64,000 nucleotides of DNA from positions 7,316,001-7,380,000 of the forward strand of contig CP075492.1 of assembly GCA_021613535.1 (NCBI GenBank). Reading direction: 5' to 3'. Both the position numbers and the translations under genes were made by a program. Positions 11,464-23,949 of the stretch are shown piece after piece. The notes beneath the pieces were generated by a model. The model searched no databases, was not told the origin of the DNA, and was given only the letters and a program-made list of their open reading frames with translations. This DNA is from Adineta vaga (Eukaryota; Animalia; Rotifera). The number at the start of each line of letters is the position of its first letter. Position 1 is the stretch's first letter.

Positions 11464-13497
11464 TTTGTTTTGTTTTTCGGTGTATACAATTCAATGGGTA
11501 TTTATAGACACGTTCTGTGTGGTAAGTGATCAAATGAACAATATTATGTCATGGGATATTGATGTAGACATAAATCGATGGTTAGACCGAAAGGGAAAAG
11601 ATCGAACGGACTGATATCGAAAGGAAAAAATAGAGAGGAGAAAAAGACAGAAAAGAAGAATGTCGAAAATAACACCGAAACGGATATTCTCCAGTTCTGA
11701 TGTGATACCATAACAGTTTATACTATACATACGTAAAACATAACACAGTAATGAAGTTTTCTTTTTTCCGTTTAGTAACTGTAATTGATAGAATATTTCA
11801 ATATTCCTTGACTGTTATAACATCACTATGGTATTAAATAATAGTTTTCTTCTCGTAAGTTACACAAACCAACATTGAACTGAGTATACATAACTTAGAA
11901 ACAATTCTCTTCTCCTTCGAGAAATTCGATAAATAACATCGAAACGACTATGAATCACTTGTTTCAATTTCATATTAAAAGAATTATCGTTTATGTTCAG
12001 TAAAACAGCACTGGACAAAATTGCGATCTGTGTCATGAATGACTATTTTCTGTGGAGATTAGACATCCGAGTAAAAAATGCATTGATAATTCAAAAAAAA
12101 ATAATATTCAGCAGGCATTGTTAGGGTCGCAACAAATCTGTCGCTCATTATAAATACAAATGTACAGAAAATTATAAGGAAAAATAAAAACAAAGCAAGA
12201 AAATACTACATCCAATAAACATATGAAAAAAAGATTTTCCTTTTTGAATTCACAGTTATTCTTTTATGTAAATGATTTTTCTGAGTGAGGAAGGCATTAT
12301 TTCTATAGACTTTTCATTTCTTCGTGCAAAGAGTATATACATAAATGAATCATGAAGAAGAAATTTTCTCATTGAAGTTACATTTATCAATTTAGTCACA
12401 TAATTTTTCTACAGAAAGCATTTTCTCATCACTTTAGTTACATATTTAAAGGCAACATTTTGACTTAAATAATATATTTCCGCTTGAATTCATCTTTTCT
12501 CCGACCCATCGAAAATTTGTTCAACTATCACTTATTGACACCGTAAAAAATCGACAGAGTAAATTGAATAAGAGTTTCATGAAGCATTTTTTTTCTAATT
12601 TGTTAGGAAAAGAAAAATTCTTTTCTACAGAAATCTTAATTAAGCTGACAGTCTTTATACCACAAATGAATAATTTCGTTAGAATCAAAATGATTTTTGA
12701 ATATTATTCTTCCGTCAATCAACTTAAGAAAATTTTGTTAATAACACAGCAAGGTATATGTTAGAATGGCGCATTTAGAAATATTTAATGATTATAATTA
12801 GTGTGAATGAGAAGAATAGCTTCGCTTATTTTTTTCTTTTCTTTTGAAGTTTATTTCCCATTCAATAAATAAAATAATACATGACATAGAAGTACTAATT
12901 CAAAGAGAAAAAAATGTAAATAGACGTCCTCTCTAATTCAAAGTATAATGATATCTATTTTTGTATTCTTGCCTTTTTGTTCCTCTTTCTAGATGTTCCT
13001 TTTCGTTGACATCTTGACCGTGTTAGTAAAAACAACTCGTATCTTTTGTTCATCGTTATTCATTCATAGAATAAAACTAGATTATAAGTAATATAATATA
13101 TTTATAATTCGACACATTCCATAATTAGTTTTTTTTTCAATAAACACATTTATAAGTCGTTCAATGAGAGAAAAATACGTTATTCTCAACGTGTTTATCG
13201 ACTAATTTTTGTACTTTAAACATTTGAATGTGTTTCTTATTATAATGATATTAGTACATCGAGTGTCGGTCTTTCTTCACAAGGTTCTGTGATGACAGAT
13301 TATAAAACAGATTCATTTTACATGAGTTCATTTAAACAGAAGGCTTTGCCATGAAAAGAAACGATCACTATTCTCTAGTATATGGTAAATGTCAAACTGC
13401 ATGACTTTTTTTTATATTTAGATGGAATTTTCGTCGAAAATGCTAAATACGTCTTTCAATATTTTAATTGAATAACTATTTAGGAAATAGTAGAATC

Positions 13498-14502
13498 ATG
13501 TTTGACAATAACAAAATTATTGGCTTTGTTTTAACTTTATTCACTGTTGGTAATAGTTCGTTTGCATGTTTTGTATCATTAATGGTCTTTATTGTTAGTA
13601 TATATCATTTCTGTTTCAATCGTATCAATCGAGATGATAAAATAATCATTCTTCATTGTATAAATTTATACTTTTATATAATAATGTATACAATGCTGGT
13701 GACAATATTTCATACACAAACATTATTAGGTGATCTATATGGAAGTCATTTTCAAACTAGATCATGCATATTCTTAGGAAATGTTTTGATTGTTATTAGT
13801 TCGACTATCTACATGGCTTCGGTTTCACAAGTAAGCAGTCGTTTATGACGTAAAGATTTAAATTTTGTGTTCCATTTATAGGCTTTCTATCGGCTATTTC
13901 GTGTGGTTTATCCAAAATATCGTTGCTTACAACATTTTCGATTTTACATAATACTACCGTTTATTCAAATCATCGTATCAGTGATATTAGTTTTTCCACT
14001 TTTGCTTTGGAATGCGGTGATTTATTTACCGAGTGAACATTATTGTTTTGTATCATACACAGGTTTTCGCAGTATTTTATGGGCAGTATTTAGTATTTAT
14101 ATCATTCCAATTGCTTGTATATTTCTTATCTATATTCGTATAACTATATTTATTAAAAAAGCAAATAATCAAACGATAGTTATTCGACGTCGACAAGAAC
14201 GTGATGTACTCGCTATTCAACGTATACTTACTACTGTTGGTTTATTAGCTCTAGCTGGTGCTCCTGCAGCTTATTTCCTAGTACGATTGATAGTTACGGG
14301 ACAAATTCATCCATTAACATATCGTGTTGCATGGTTAGCAGCAAGTATTTCTATGGTAGGATTAAGTGTTACATTAATATTTTCTGTACCGCAATTGAAA
14401 AGTATTATTTTGAAGAATACAACAAAAAATCAAAAGTTACAATCATCAAATGATAGAACAGTGACTGAAATTGAAATGAAAAACATTTTAGTTGATGAAT
14501 GA
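13498..14502 (+). CDS. Rhodopsin-like orphan GPCR (intron 13831-13881)
   Basis: Seven hydrophobic segments, TM3 end QAFYRLFRVVYP, ECL2 YLPSEHYC, ICL3 RRQERDVLAIQRI. Start codon uncertain. Confidence 0.85.
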
Positions 14503-14808
14503 AATTGCTTGTTTTGTTAGATCAAAAAAAATTTTATTACAGTATTTTATGTCTAGTTGATAAACTGAATTTTTGAAAGTGAAAAAAAAATTATAATAAC
14601 GCAATAATGGTGTATGTATGTAGCAAATGACTCATTTCACGAGAGTAGAGAACGAAAGAAACAAACGTCCATGATTCGTCTAAGCATTCTACAATGTTAT
14701 TTTGCCAACACATATTTTTACATTTTGGATGTCATAACACTCTTTGATTGAGCAATTTTGTTCCCGTTAGTAAAACACAACATAATTCTCCTATTCAGAT
14801 ACAAAACC

Positions 14809-16522
14809 ATGACAAATCATGAAAACCAATTGATCGTTGAAAATGCTCTCGATGATGATAATAGTGTTGTTAGATTATCATCGAAAATGATGGATAAATT
14901 ACAATTCTTTTGTGGTGATGCCGTCAAGCTTAAAGGTAGAAAACGACGACAAACGGTTTGTATTGCACTTTCGGATGATTCCTGTTCAGATGATCATATA
15001 AGAATGAATAGTGTCATACAAAAGAATCTACGCGTACATGCTGGTAATACTATTACAATTCAAGAATATCCACGTGCTATCTATGGTACACGTATTCATG
15101 TTTTACCATTCAATGATACACTTTGTGATATTGCCGAGGATGTATTAAATGAAAATTTAAAATCCTATTTTTGTGATGCTTTTCGACCAGTATACATTGG
15201 TGATACATTCACTATTCGAATAGGAACGGATAAAGTTGAATTTAAAGTCATGCAAACAGATCCAAGTCCATGCTGTATTGTCGCGCCAGAAACAGTGATC
15301 GATTGTAAAGGTGAACCGATTCATTACATCGAAGAACAATATTTGAACAATGAAGTGGACTTTTATGATATCGGTGGTTATAAAGATATAAAGAAAAGTT
15401 TGCAAGAAAGTGTTCAAGGTATTTTGAAGTATCAGAATACTGAGTATTATTTTAAGTATGGTTTACTACCCTCAACAGGTATACTATTGTATGGTCCACC
15501 TGGTTGTGGTAAGTTCTTATTGTAATAGTTTCAAGAATTGATATTAACATTGACTTTTTCTTTTTATTAAGGAAAAACAATGTTAGCGAAAGCACTTGCT
15601 AATGAATGTGATATGAACTTGTTGATAATCAAAGGTCCAGAATTGGTTTGTGCATGGGGAAATGATCCTGAAACCAATTTGCGTGCAACATTTGACAAAG
15701 CTCGTCAAAGTGCACCTTGTATTTTACTTATTGATGAGCTTGATTATGTGTGTAAGTAAATGGAAGCTATATACTAAATCTCATTTGATTATCTAGTTGA
15801 GAATGAGTCCATGGATCGTCTTATCAATCAATTATTAACTGAGATTGATGGATTGAATGTTAAAACACAAGTGATTCTTATTGCCGCAACAAATCGACCT
15901 GAGTTATTTTATCAAACATTTCTTCGACCTGGTAAGAATTTTCATTGACTTCTATGATGACAATTGTTTGTATTATGATCTTCATAATTTATCTAGGTCG
16001 TTTTGATGAATTAGTATACGTTCCACTTCCTGATGAAGACTCTCGTGAAGCTATTTTGAATATCACATTACAACGATGCCATATAGCTGCAGATGTTGAT
16101 ATGAAGTCTTTGTCGAGAATGCAGCAAGGAGCAAGTGGTGCTGATATTGTGGAGTTTTGTCGTACAGTATGCAGAGCAGCTATTCGAGAAGCCATAGAAA
16201 AAGAATCTCAAATGGAACAATTAGATGCAGATATTGATTTGAATATTGAAATTCGACAAGATCATTTTGAACAAGCGTTAAAAACTTCTTCCCGTCTAAG
16301 AACAATACATTATGATATTCGTAAGTATGAAGTATTCGCTCGAACGTGGCAATCATCGCATACATACAATTTCTTATTCCCGACTTCTTCAGAAGCTCAC
16401 ATCAATAGTGAAGGTAATACAAACCAGTTTTACTTTTTCGTTCATATATTTATCTCCTTGAAATAGGGAGTGGTAAACCAGTATCAAATGTTTACGTTGA
16501 TGACGATGATCTGTATGGATAA
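14809..16522 (+). CDS. VCP/p97/CDC48 paralog with an N domain and a single D2-type AAA domain (5 exons; introns 15509-15571, 15752-15796, 15932-15996, 16414-16466)
   Basis: N domain (NQLIVENALDDDNSVVRLS...VEFKVMQTDPSPCCIVAPETVIDCKGEPI). Walker A GPPGCGKT, Walker B LLIDELD, AATNRP, LRPGRFD. C-terminus NVYVDDDDLYG with TAA at 16520-16522. Confidence 0.93.
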
Positions 16523-17049
16523 ATTTTAGGAAATAACAATTCTTTTTCATTGAATTTAAATCAGAACCGAACATTGTACATATATAAGCAAGAATAAATA
16601 TTGTAATTTTTTTTCATTACTAGCATGTATATCAAAACTAGATGAAGCGCTAGAAAGGCTTGCCAATGTGTGTAGGATGACTAACTTATAGGCTACCGGT
16701 GTCCGTTTCAACTTTTGCAAAGACTAAAAGTAGTACAACACTCATTAGAGTTCAGGTGTCTGAAATATTCTCTATTTTACTTCTTTTACTCTCGTTTAAT
16801 TTCTATGATCGATCACTTCGAATGATATTGTGTATATTGATGTTTCTCATAGCTGCAACTATGTATTTTCGTGTTAATAGTCTTATGAAAAAATACCAAT
16901 ATGAAACATTCTTTATCATAATGAAAGAATTAATTGTGTCTTTTATCAAAACGAAATTTTTCAGAATAATATTTCTCTTTCTAGTTTATTCTATATGCAT
17001 GTGTTTTATCTTTATTGACATAATATTTTTGAAAGCAATCGACGATAAC

Positions 17050-17500
17050 ATTGGAAATAATACCAAATGATTTGTTAACCGAACTATTCAAGTATTTCGA
17101 TGCTATTCATTATATATGAATTCTCAAAAATTTTCTAATCTTATCTGGAGCTTACCTGCATTGATCCATTGTTGTTTGGATATAGAAAATCTTCTGAGAT
17201 CAACACTCAATTTAACTCATTTAAAAGTTGATGCTTATTATATTAACTGTGATGAATACCGATGGGAACATATAATTGATCTTTATTCACTAACGTTAAA
17301 ATTTTTTCATTTAAGAATGCATGTCACAATTGTCTAATAAACGAAACAATGAGCAATGTGTTCATCTCTTTACCGATTCATTTCGTACGTATTTCTGATT
17401 GGATAAACATCACTGGTATATCTGTTATTATTATCTCGAAACAATTCACTGCATGAATATGTTAATCTATACCATTCCTTATGGTTTCGATCAATTGCAA
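17050..17500 (+). pseudogene. Degenerate C-terminal fragment of an F-box/LRR-type gene
   Basis: LTHLKVDA...YRWEHII...LKFFHLRM, then across stops and frameshifts DSFRTYF*LDKHHWY...LYTIPYGF. No N-terminus. Confidence 0.6.
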
Positions 17501-17510
17501 AATGATATAT

Positions 17511-18170
17511 TCAACGTGCGCAAATCGATTTTGTCTTAGGATTTAAACGTGAACCATAATCTGGATTTTTATGTCGAAAGCATTGACATGCATCAACATG
17601 ATCGCAATAATCTATATTTGTTGTGCATTCTCTTACTATACAGTAACCAAATGAAGCAGAAGTTGATCTTGTTATTGTTGATGACGACGATAAAGACATC
17701 GGTGTAAAAAAATTTGAAATTTGTGGAGAAGAAGTGCTCTGTTCAATAAATTCCTGTTTCGATGGATCACGAATACAACTAACTATGTGTTTACCAACAT
17801 ATTGTCGAGTTTTCCTGGTATTCTCTACACACACTTGATAACTTCCCATACATTGCTATTTGCACGATCGATACGAATCCTGACAAAACAAACCAGATAA
17901 TTGGGATCATAACATTTAGATTGTGTTGGATTGAAGACATACATGTATGAACTATCATGTTTCAGAACACATAGTCGTTCATCTAAAATTACATACGGTT
18001 TCATTAAAACATTGCTATAAACTTGGTTTTCACAAGTAGCAAGACATTGAATAACCGTGCTCAATTCAGTACACTATTGTATCTTTGAGTAATAACAAGT
18101 ACGTCCACCACACAACAGTTGTGAGTTTGAGCACGTCACAGACGGAATAAGGGTTGACTGATTTAGAACG
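17511..18170 (-). pseudogene. Cys-rich frameshifted ORF pair of unknown family
   Basis: ORFs 17825..18064 and 17511..17849 read through (VWEVIKCV/ENTRKTRQY) with one frameshift near 17825. Confidence 0.35.
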
Positions 18171-19558
18171 CCTGATAATGTAAAAAAAAGTCAACGAACA
18201 GCTATATATTCAAATGTTGCTTCAGAATAGTCATTTTGAACATAGAATCAGTAATATCAACTATTCTTCTAGTGGTAGTCTAGTTCAATTTATATACTCA
18301 CTTTGAGTAGGATCTCGTTCACAAGTAGATGTGTAGTCTAGCACACTTGATATCTATATTTATTTATCAAAATCATGAATATCAAGTACTTCAAATTTAT
18401 TACTTTGTTTGATTGTATTATTTGATTGATTTATTTTTTGATAAAATAAAAAGTAATCTGAACAACCATTTCATATTTATTACTTCGATAAGTAGTAGTA
18501 AACATTCATTTATGATTAAATGTCTTTCCAGAAATTATGATCGAACACTGAATCTTGCTTTTTCCATATACTTACGGTTCGTGAATAATTTATGAATATT
18601 TTACTACTTTTATTGCATTCAACTATATTTCATATATGTTGTATCATTTATCGGATAGACACTATGCATTATTTCTAATATTGAACAAAATAAATCTGGT
18701 TCCTTGAAATAACTAAAGAAATGGCGACATGTCATTGTTTTTGGCCGCGAAGATCTAAGAACTGATTTAAAACAGAAACACTAAATCAAGACGAGAACTT
18801 TTCAAATTTCTTCACTAGAAAGAAGAAGAGTTTGATTGCGAAGCGTAAGAATCATCTGTAGACTCGATTCAATTCTGTTTTTTTAGTCAGATGATTTCTA
18901 ATAATATATCGTATAAATTTTGTCTTGTCAATTCGTGTCTGAACAGTATAAAATCTATAATTATCAACCATTTAACTCATAATTTTATATAGATAAATAT
19001 ATATATAAAATACGCTTCACACGCAACTTCGAGCATGATTGTTCTTCTAGTTCATTTCTCCGTTAAAATAATCGAGAAAAAAAACAGCATGGAAATTAGA
19101 GTTTAAAGTTCATCCTATATGCATACTGTTCATTCTAATTAGTAGTTTTAACACATCCTACATTAACATGTGATCGTCCAGGGCGATACTGTTTCATTTA
19201 TTAGTATAAAAAGCTGACAGAAAGCAAGTAGTTCAGGTCATTACATGAGCGATAATAATGAGTGTTTATACTGAAATAGATCATTATGTTTTTTCAGGTC
19301 GAATAAATACTTTATGAAACAGTAAGTTTGTTGTATTTTACTCTCTATTTTTGAAAAGCTTTCCATTGACATATCATATTAAATTTGAGAAAAATTGAGC
19401 TGAATATAAATCTTTTATTTCAATTCTTTTATTCTATTAAAATTACCAGACTCTCAATTATCTTCGTCTTTTTTTAGATTCTACATTAAATGCAAAAACA
19501 ACTTGTCATGGCATAATAATTTCCTTCAAACGAATGAATTTCTGTTCCCTTCCACATA

Positions 19559-20536
19559 ATGAAAAGCACTAGTATTCTAATCAATTGTACATCTTTATTC
19601 CTTCATATTCTTTCAATAATTGTAACATTCGTTTTTCTGATTCTTCTTATTTATCGTTTATATTTCAATTGTATTTATCGACGTCACAGTGACGCTATTA
19701 TTCCATCATCATCATCATCACCGTTTGATGATAATATTTCATTAATACTCATTCTTAATACACATTTTATTTGTCTAATATATAGCATAGTATGGATTCC
19801 AATGATTATGCGAACATTTGCTGGAGATTTTTCGCTTTTCAAAGATTTTTTATATTTTGGTGATTCGAACATATGTCGAGCACAAGTTGGCATCATTTTT
19901 TTCCTGACCACTCAACTCTATCATAGTATATTATTACAAGCACTCTATCGATATATTCGGATTGATGCCATTTTGAAAACGGATAGAAAATTACTTCGAA
20001 CTGTTTGGTTTTATATCCTATTGATTGTTTGCAGTTGGTTAATAGCACTTCTTGTTCTTATTCCACCATATACAATCATCGATGTATTTTCTTATTTCCC
20101 TGAATTACATCATTGTATGATTTCATTTTCTAATATACGAGGTTTCATTTATTCCCTTCTTGTTGCCTATCTTCTACCGATGAATTCAATACTATATATG
20201 TATTTTCGAGTGATTCTAAATGTACGTAGCTTATCGAAAAGAAGTCTTCTAATACGAACAAAACGCGATGTAATCGTTATTAAACGTATTGTATGTATTT
20301 GTGTTACAATTGGTATACTTGGATTTCCAACACTTTTCTTTTTATTTCAATTTATTATTACGGGTCGAATACATCCTCTTGCTGATCGTATTCATGAACT
20401 ATGTCTCTCCATTGGTATACTTGGATTTACAAGTGGTTTTGCAACTCTTAATTCGTTGATCAATATTTTACCTCGACGATCATCCGTTTTCTATACACAA
20501 AATGAAATGATGGTGATGAAAAAGGATTCTTCATAG
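19559..20536 (+). CDS. Rhodopsin-like orphan GPCR, intronless, same family as 13498..14502
   Basis: Seven TM segments, CRAQ Cys at the TM3 start, QALYRYIRI, YFPELHHC, KRDVIVIKRI, ITGRIHPL (compare VTGQIHPL in the other GPCR). Confidence 0.88.
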   Translation: MKSTSILINCTSLFLHILSIIVTFVFLILLIYRLYFNCIYRRHSDAIIPSSSSSPFDDNISLILILNTHFICLIYSIVWIPMIMRTFAGDFSLFKDFLYFGDSNICRAQVGIIFFLTTQLYHSILLQALYRYIRIDAILKTDRKLLRTVWFYILLIVCSWLIALLVLIPPYTIIDVFSYFPELHHCMISFSNIRGFIYSLLVAYLLPMNSILYMYFRVILNVRSLSKRSLLIRTKRDVIVIKRIVCICVTIGILGFPTLFFLFQFIITGRIHPLADRIHELCLSIGILGFTSGFATLNSLINILPRRSSVFYTQNEMMVMKKDSS

Positions 20537-21066
20537 AACTAAATTGATTATATCAATTAAATAACAGAACCTTTGTATTCACATACATTACCATATGTAG
20601 TGAACCGACATACTTTCATTGTACTATTTTGTTAAGTTATTTGATTTGGAGAGCGTTGAAAACGCGAAAGAATTAAAGGAGAAAAATGATATGTTATTTG
20701 TCAATAAAAATTCGATATGCTTTGCATAATTTAATTATTCACATTTAAGCTAACAAATAAGTGTAGAATATCTTTTAGAGATAAACGACGATGAACATTC
20801 TCAGATGAAAATGAATTTTCAATTCCTTTGTTTGATCACTAGAGTTATTGCTCCGGCAGAATAAAAACTTCTCCGTTTAAAATTATTAATGAAACTTCAT
20901 TTATCGAAGACACATATTTCTAATTATTGCAGCTTGACAATATATGTTCTTATCTTCAAACGAACAATGATAATCTCTCTACTATAGTGCTAGATTTTTC
21001 ATGAAAAGAACAGTATTATATTATCATTTGTTTATTTATGAATAAAAAGATTGAAGTTGAAAAAAT

Positions 21067-23696
21067 TCATTTTAATTTTTTCATTTCACTTATAAAACAT
21101 GTATATTCAATTGGAGATAAATCATAATTATTGAATTTGTTTTCCAATTTTTTTTGCAAAGATTGAAAAGATACAGTTGGATTTTCATTACAAAATGTAA
21201 ATAATTGATGTAGAGCAGATCCATCCATACCTTTGCAAAGTAACGTTAATGGATATAAATTTTTATCATTCATAAAATCAGTAACATGCTGTTGTGTCCA
21301 ACTTTGTATCGGAATTGTTGCATAGGAACCATCTGATTGTGGAGGATAGATATATTCATTATTATCCAATGACTTTTTATTATCAGTTTCATTTGCTACT
21401 TTATTAGTATCGAAAGTTTGATGTTGACATTTTCTTATTTCTGCTTTTAATTGATCATAAGCGATTTGAAAGTCTAATTTCGAAAAGTTAATATAATTCA
21501 AATTTGCTACAAGTAAACCAAGCCAACCGTCTGGTGAATAGGCTGGTGGTAATTTCAATGGAATAATTTTTGTTTGACGTTGAAATGCATAATTACCCTC
21601 GCGTTGGCACCATGGACTAATTTTATAACTATAAGTCATACCGATCAGTACAATTTCACTGTTTTCAATTCCATCAGCTATAGCTGTTGGTGTTGAACCA
21701 CTCATATTATTCTTATCAATCCAAACGTTAAATCCATCCTTAATCAGTTGATCAGCAATTCGATGACAAAGTTCTTTATCATCATGTGAATAACTAATCA
21801 TTACATCATATTTCTTTTTTTTCGCTGAAATTGGTCGAGGTTGACTTGACGATGATTGTGGAATAGAAACATCCACTTCCTGCTTTTCTTTATCTTGCTT
21901 CTGTTGTTGTTGTTCAATAAAAACAATTTCACCTTGAATTTGCCATAAAATACCTTGTGCAGCACTCAAGATGGTTTCTTTGATTTTCATAAGTTCGTCA
22001 TTGGATAAGTGCAATGAACTATATAGATGTAAAATATGCATCAGTTTACAAAAATAGGATATTTTACTGATCGGACGAATTGCCTTGCTCATTAGATTTC
22101 GTCTTTGTTGCCAAAATTCGAATTCTGTTCATTAGTTCAGAATTTTTAATAATTGTTAAAGCAACATTCTTATTAAATGATAATGTCCATAAAATACTTA
22201 ATGCATGCGCTAATTCTTGACCGTTAGTATCAAAGATAATCTTTGAAAGTATTCGTAAATCTTTATCAAGAGCTAAAATCGTACTTTTAATTTCATCATG
22301 TTGAACTAGAGCTATATAAATAGAAAATAGAATTTTAAATAACATTATCTAAAAAATTGAATATTGACATACTTTTTAAACCGCATAGAATGGCAACCAT
22401 CGTTACACCTCTGAACATTCGTTCACGTGATTTCATTGCTTCAGAGAGATAAGTAAAAAAGACTTCGGTAATTTCTTTTGCATTATTTAGTTGTTTGATT
22501 TCTGCTTCACTTAAAATACTAGCTAAAATAAGATAGGCATGTATTCGAATACGATCATAAGAAGCAACATTTGTTATATTCAAAAAAGTCGGTGTGACGG
22601 TTTTCTGTAGTATAAGTGAGAGAAGTTTTGGATCATAGATCATATTATGTAAACCAGTAAGAATTGAATTGATCAGCCATGTTTCAGGAGTCATTTGTTT
22701 CAATGGTAGTTTTGAGCAAAGACGTTGATTACGAAGAATCATTAATACATATTCAATGATTTTAGGATGTTGAAAAATATGAATTTGCGCAGTAGATGAT
22801 GCACTTATCATTGTATCGATCACATGCGTTAAAGCAATGATGACGGGTGATGTCCAGATTTGAATATCTGATAAGAAATGTTCTAAGATTTGTACATATT
22901 GATTAAATATTTGTTCCAATAGGAGATCATGTATCTCAGAAGAACGTTTTCCTTTATATGCATTTAAAAATCCAGAACATCTATCTAATAGAAAACGTTG
23001 TTGAATAGTAAATTCGTTGGCATTGTGTGAGAGATTGAGAAACGTTTCTGTATAATATTTTGAACGAATAAGATTACTAACTGATATAAGTAGAGGAAAT
23101 ATTGATATGATTTCATCAATTGAATGACCAGATTGAGTATCGAAATTACGAAAAACGTTAAGAAGATATGAAAAACTTTCTAAATTATATTCATCATTAG
23201 AATTGTTTAGATGTTTTCCACTCGAAGCCATAGTTTCTAAACATTGTTGTATAATTTGTATTAACGGCATATTTGATAGAAAAGGTTGATAGATTGCTGA
23301 TGATGTGTAGGAATTGAAATTCTCAGCTATTTCCGAAAAAAAGATTGCTATACTATGGAAAGTTAACCGATCAGTTTCATTTAATGATTGTGTTTCTGAT
23401 GAATTCCATTTTTGTAGAATAGACACAAGTGTATTTTTCAATAATGAAATAAATTCATGATCTAATAAGGAAGGTTCAAGTAATTGTTTAATTTTAATCT
23501 TGTTTTCTGTTAATCGAACACGAAAAGCAGATAATTTTAATTGATCACTTTTGATATCAAAAACTAGCTTGTCCATGATACCTTTTATGTTATCAGTATT
23601 TGTATTGATAGTATTACCAGCAACACTACAACTAGATCCAGTAGATACAGTGACAACTTGCGTTGATAAGAAGGAGCAACATCGATTTTGCTGCAT
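21067..23696 (-). CDS. ARM-repeat / TIR / SAM-like protein (3 exons; introns about 22372-22312 and 22067-22019)
   Basis: Helical ARM-like N-terminal region (ALSILWTLSF, AAQGILWQI). TIR: YDVMISYSHDDKELCHRI...VWID...SPWCQREGNYA...IIPL...DGWLG. C-terminal SAM-like IQSWTQQHVTDFM...MDGSAL. Confidence 0.88.
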
Positions 23697-23949
23697 CCGA
23701 AACCCATTACTACAGAACAGTATTGAATTCTTTTTTCTCTAATGACACATTTTTCATGCAGCTTGTACGAGTTGTCAAGACAAACAATACAAGAGAAATG
23801 ATGACGTATAGAAAATAAGAATGCGTATTCGATGATGAAATCGAAAGTTACAATGGTAAAATAAGAAGGAAGAAAAAGAGTATTTTAACAGTTACAAACA
23901 ATTTTCGACCTATATATGTATATATATATTAAGTAAAGTAAATCGTTTG

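Noticed and set aside
11500-13400. Short ORFs (11381..11614, 11530..11730, 12564..12764)
   Set aside because: Low-complexity AT-rich translations with no motif or consistent splice structure.
14758-16466. Treating the p97-like ORFs as a fragmented pseudogene
   Set aside because: Four canonical GT-AG introns join them into one open frame ending in the authentic DDDDLYG tail.
16699-17070. 123 aa hydrophobic ORF as a membrane protein
   Set aside because: GTG start and an F/I/L-rich composition explained by T-rich DNA; no family motif.
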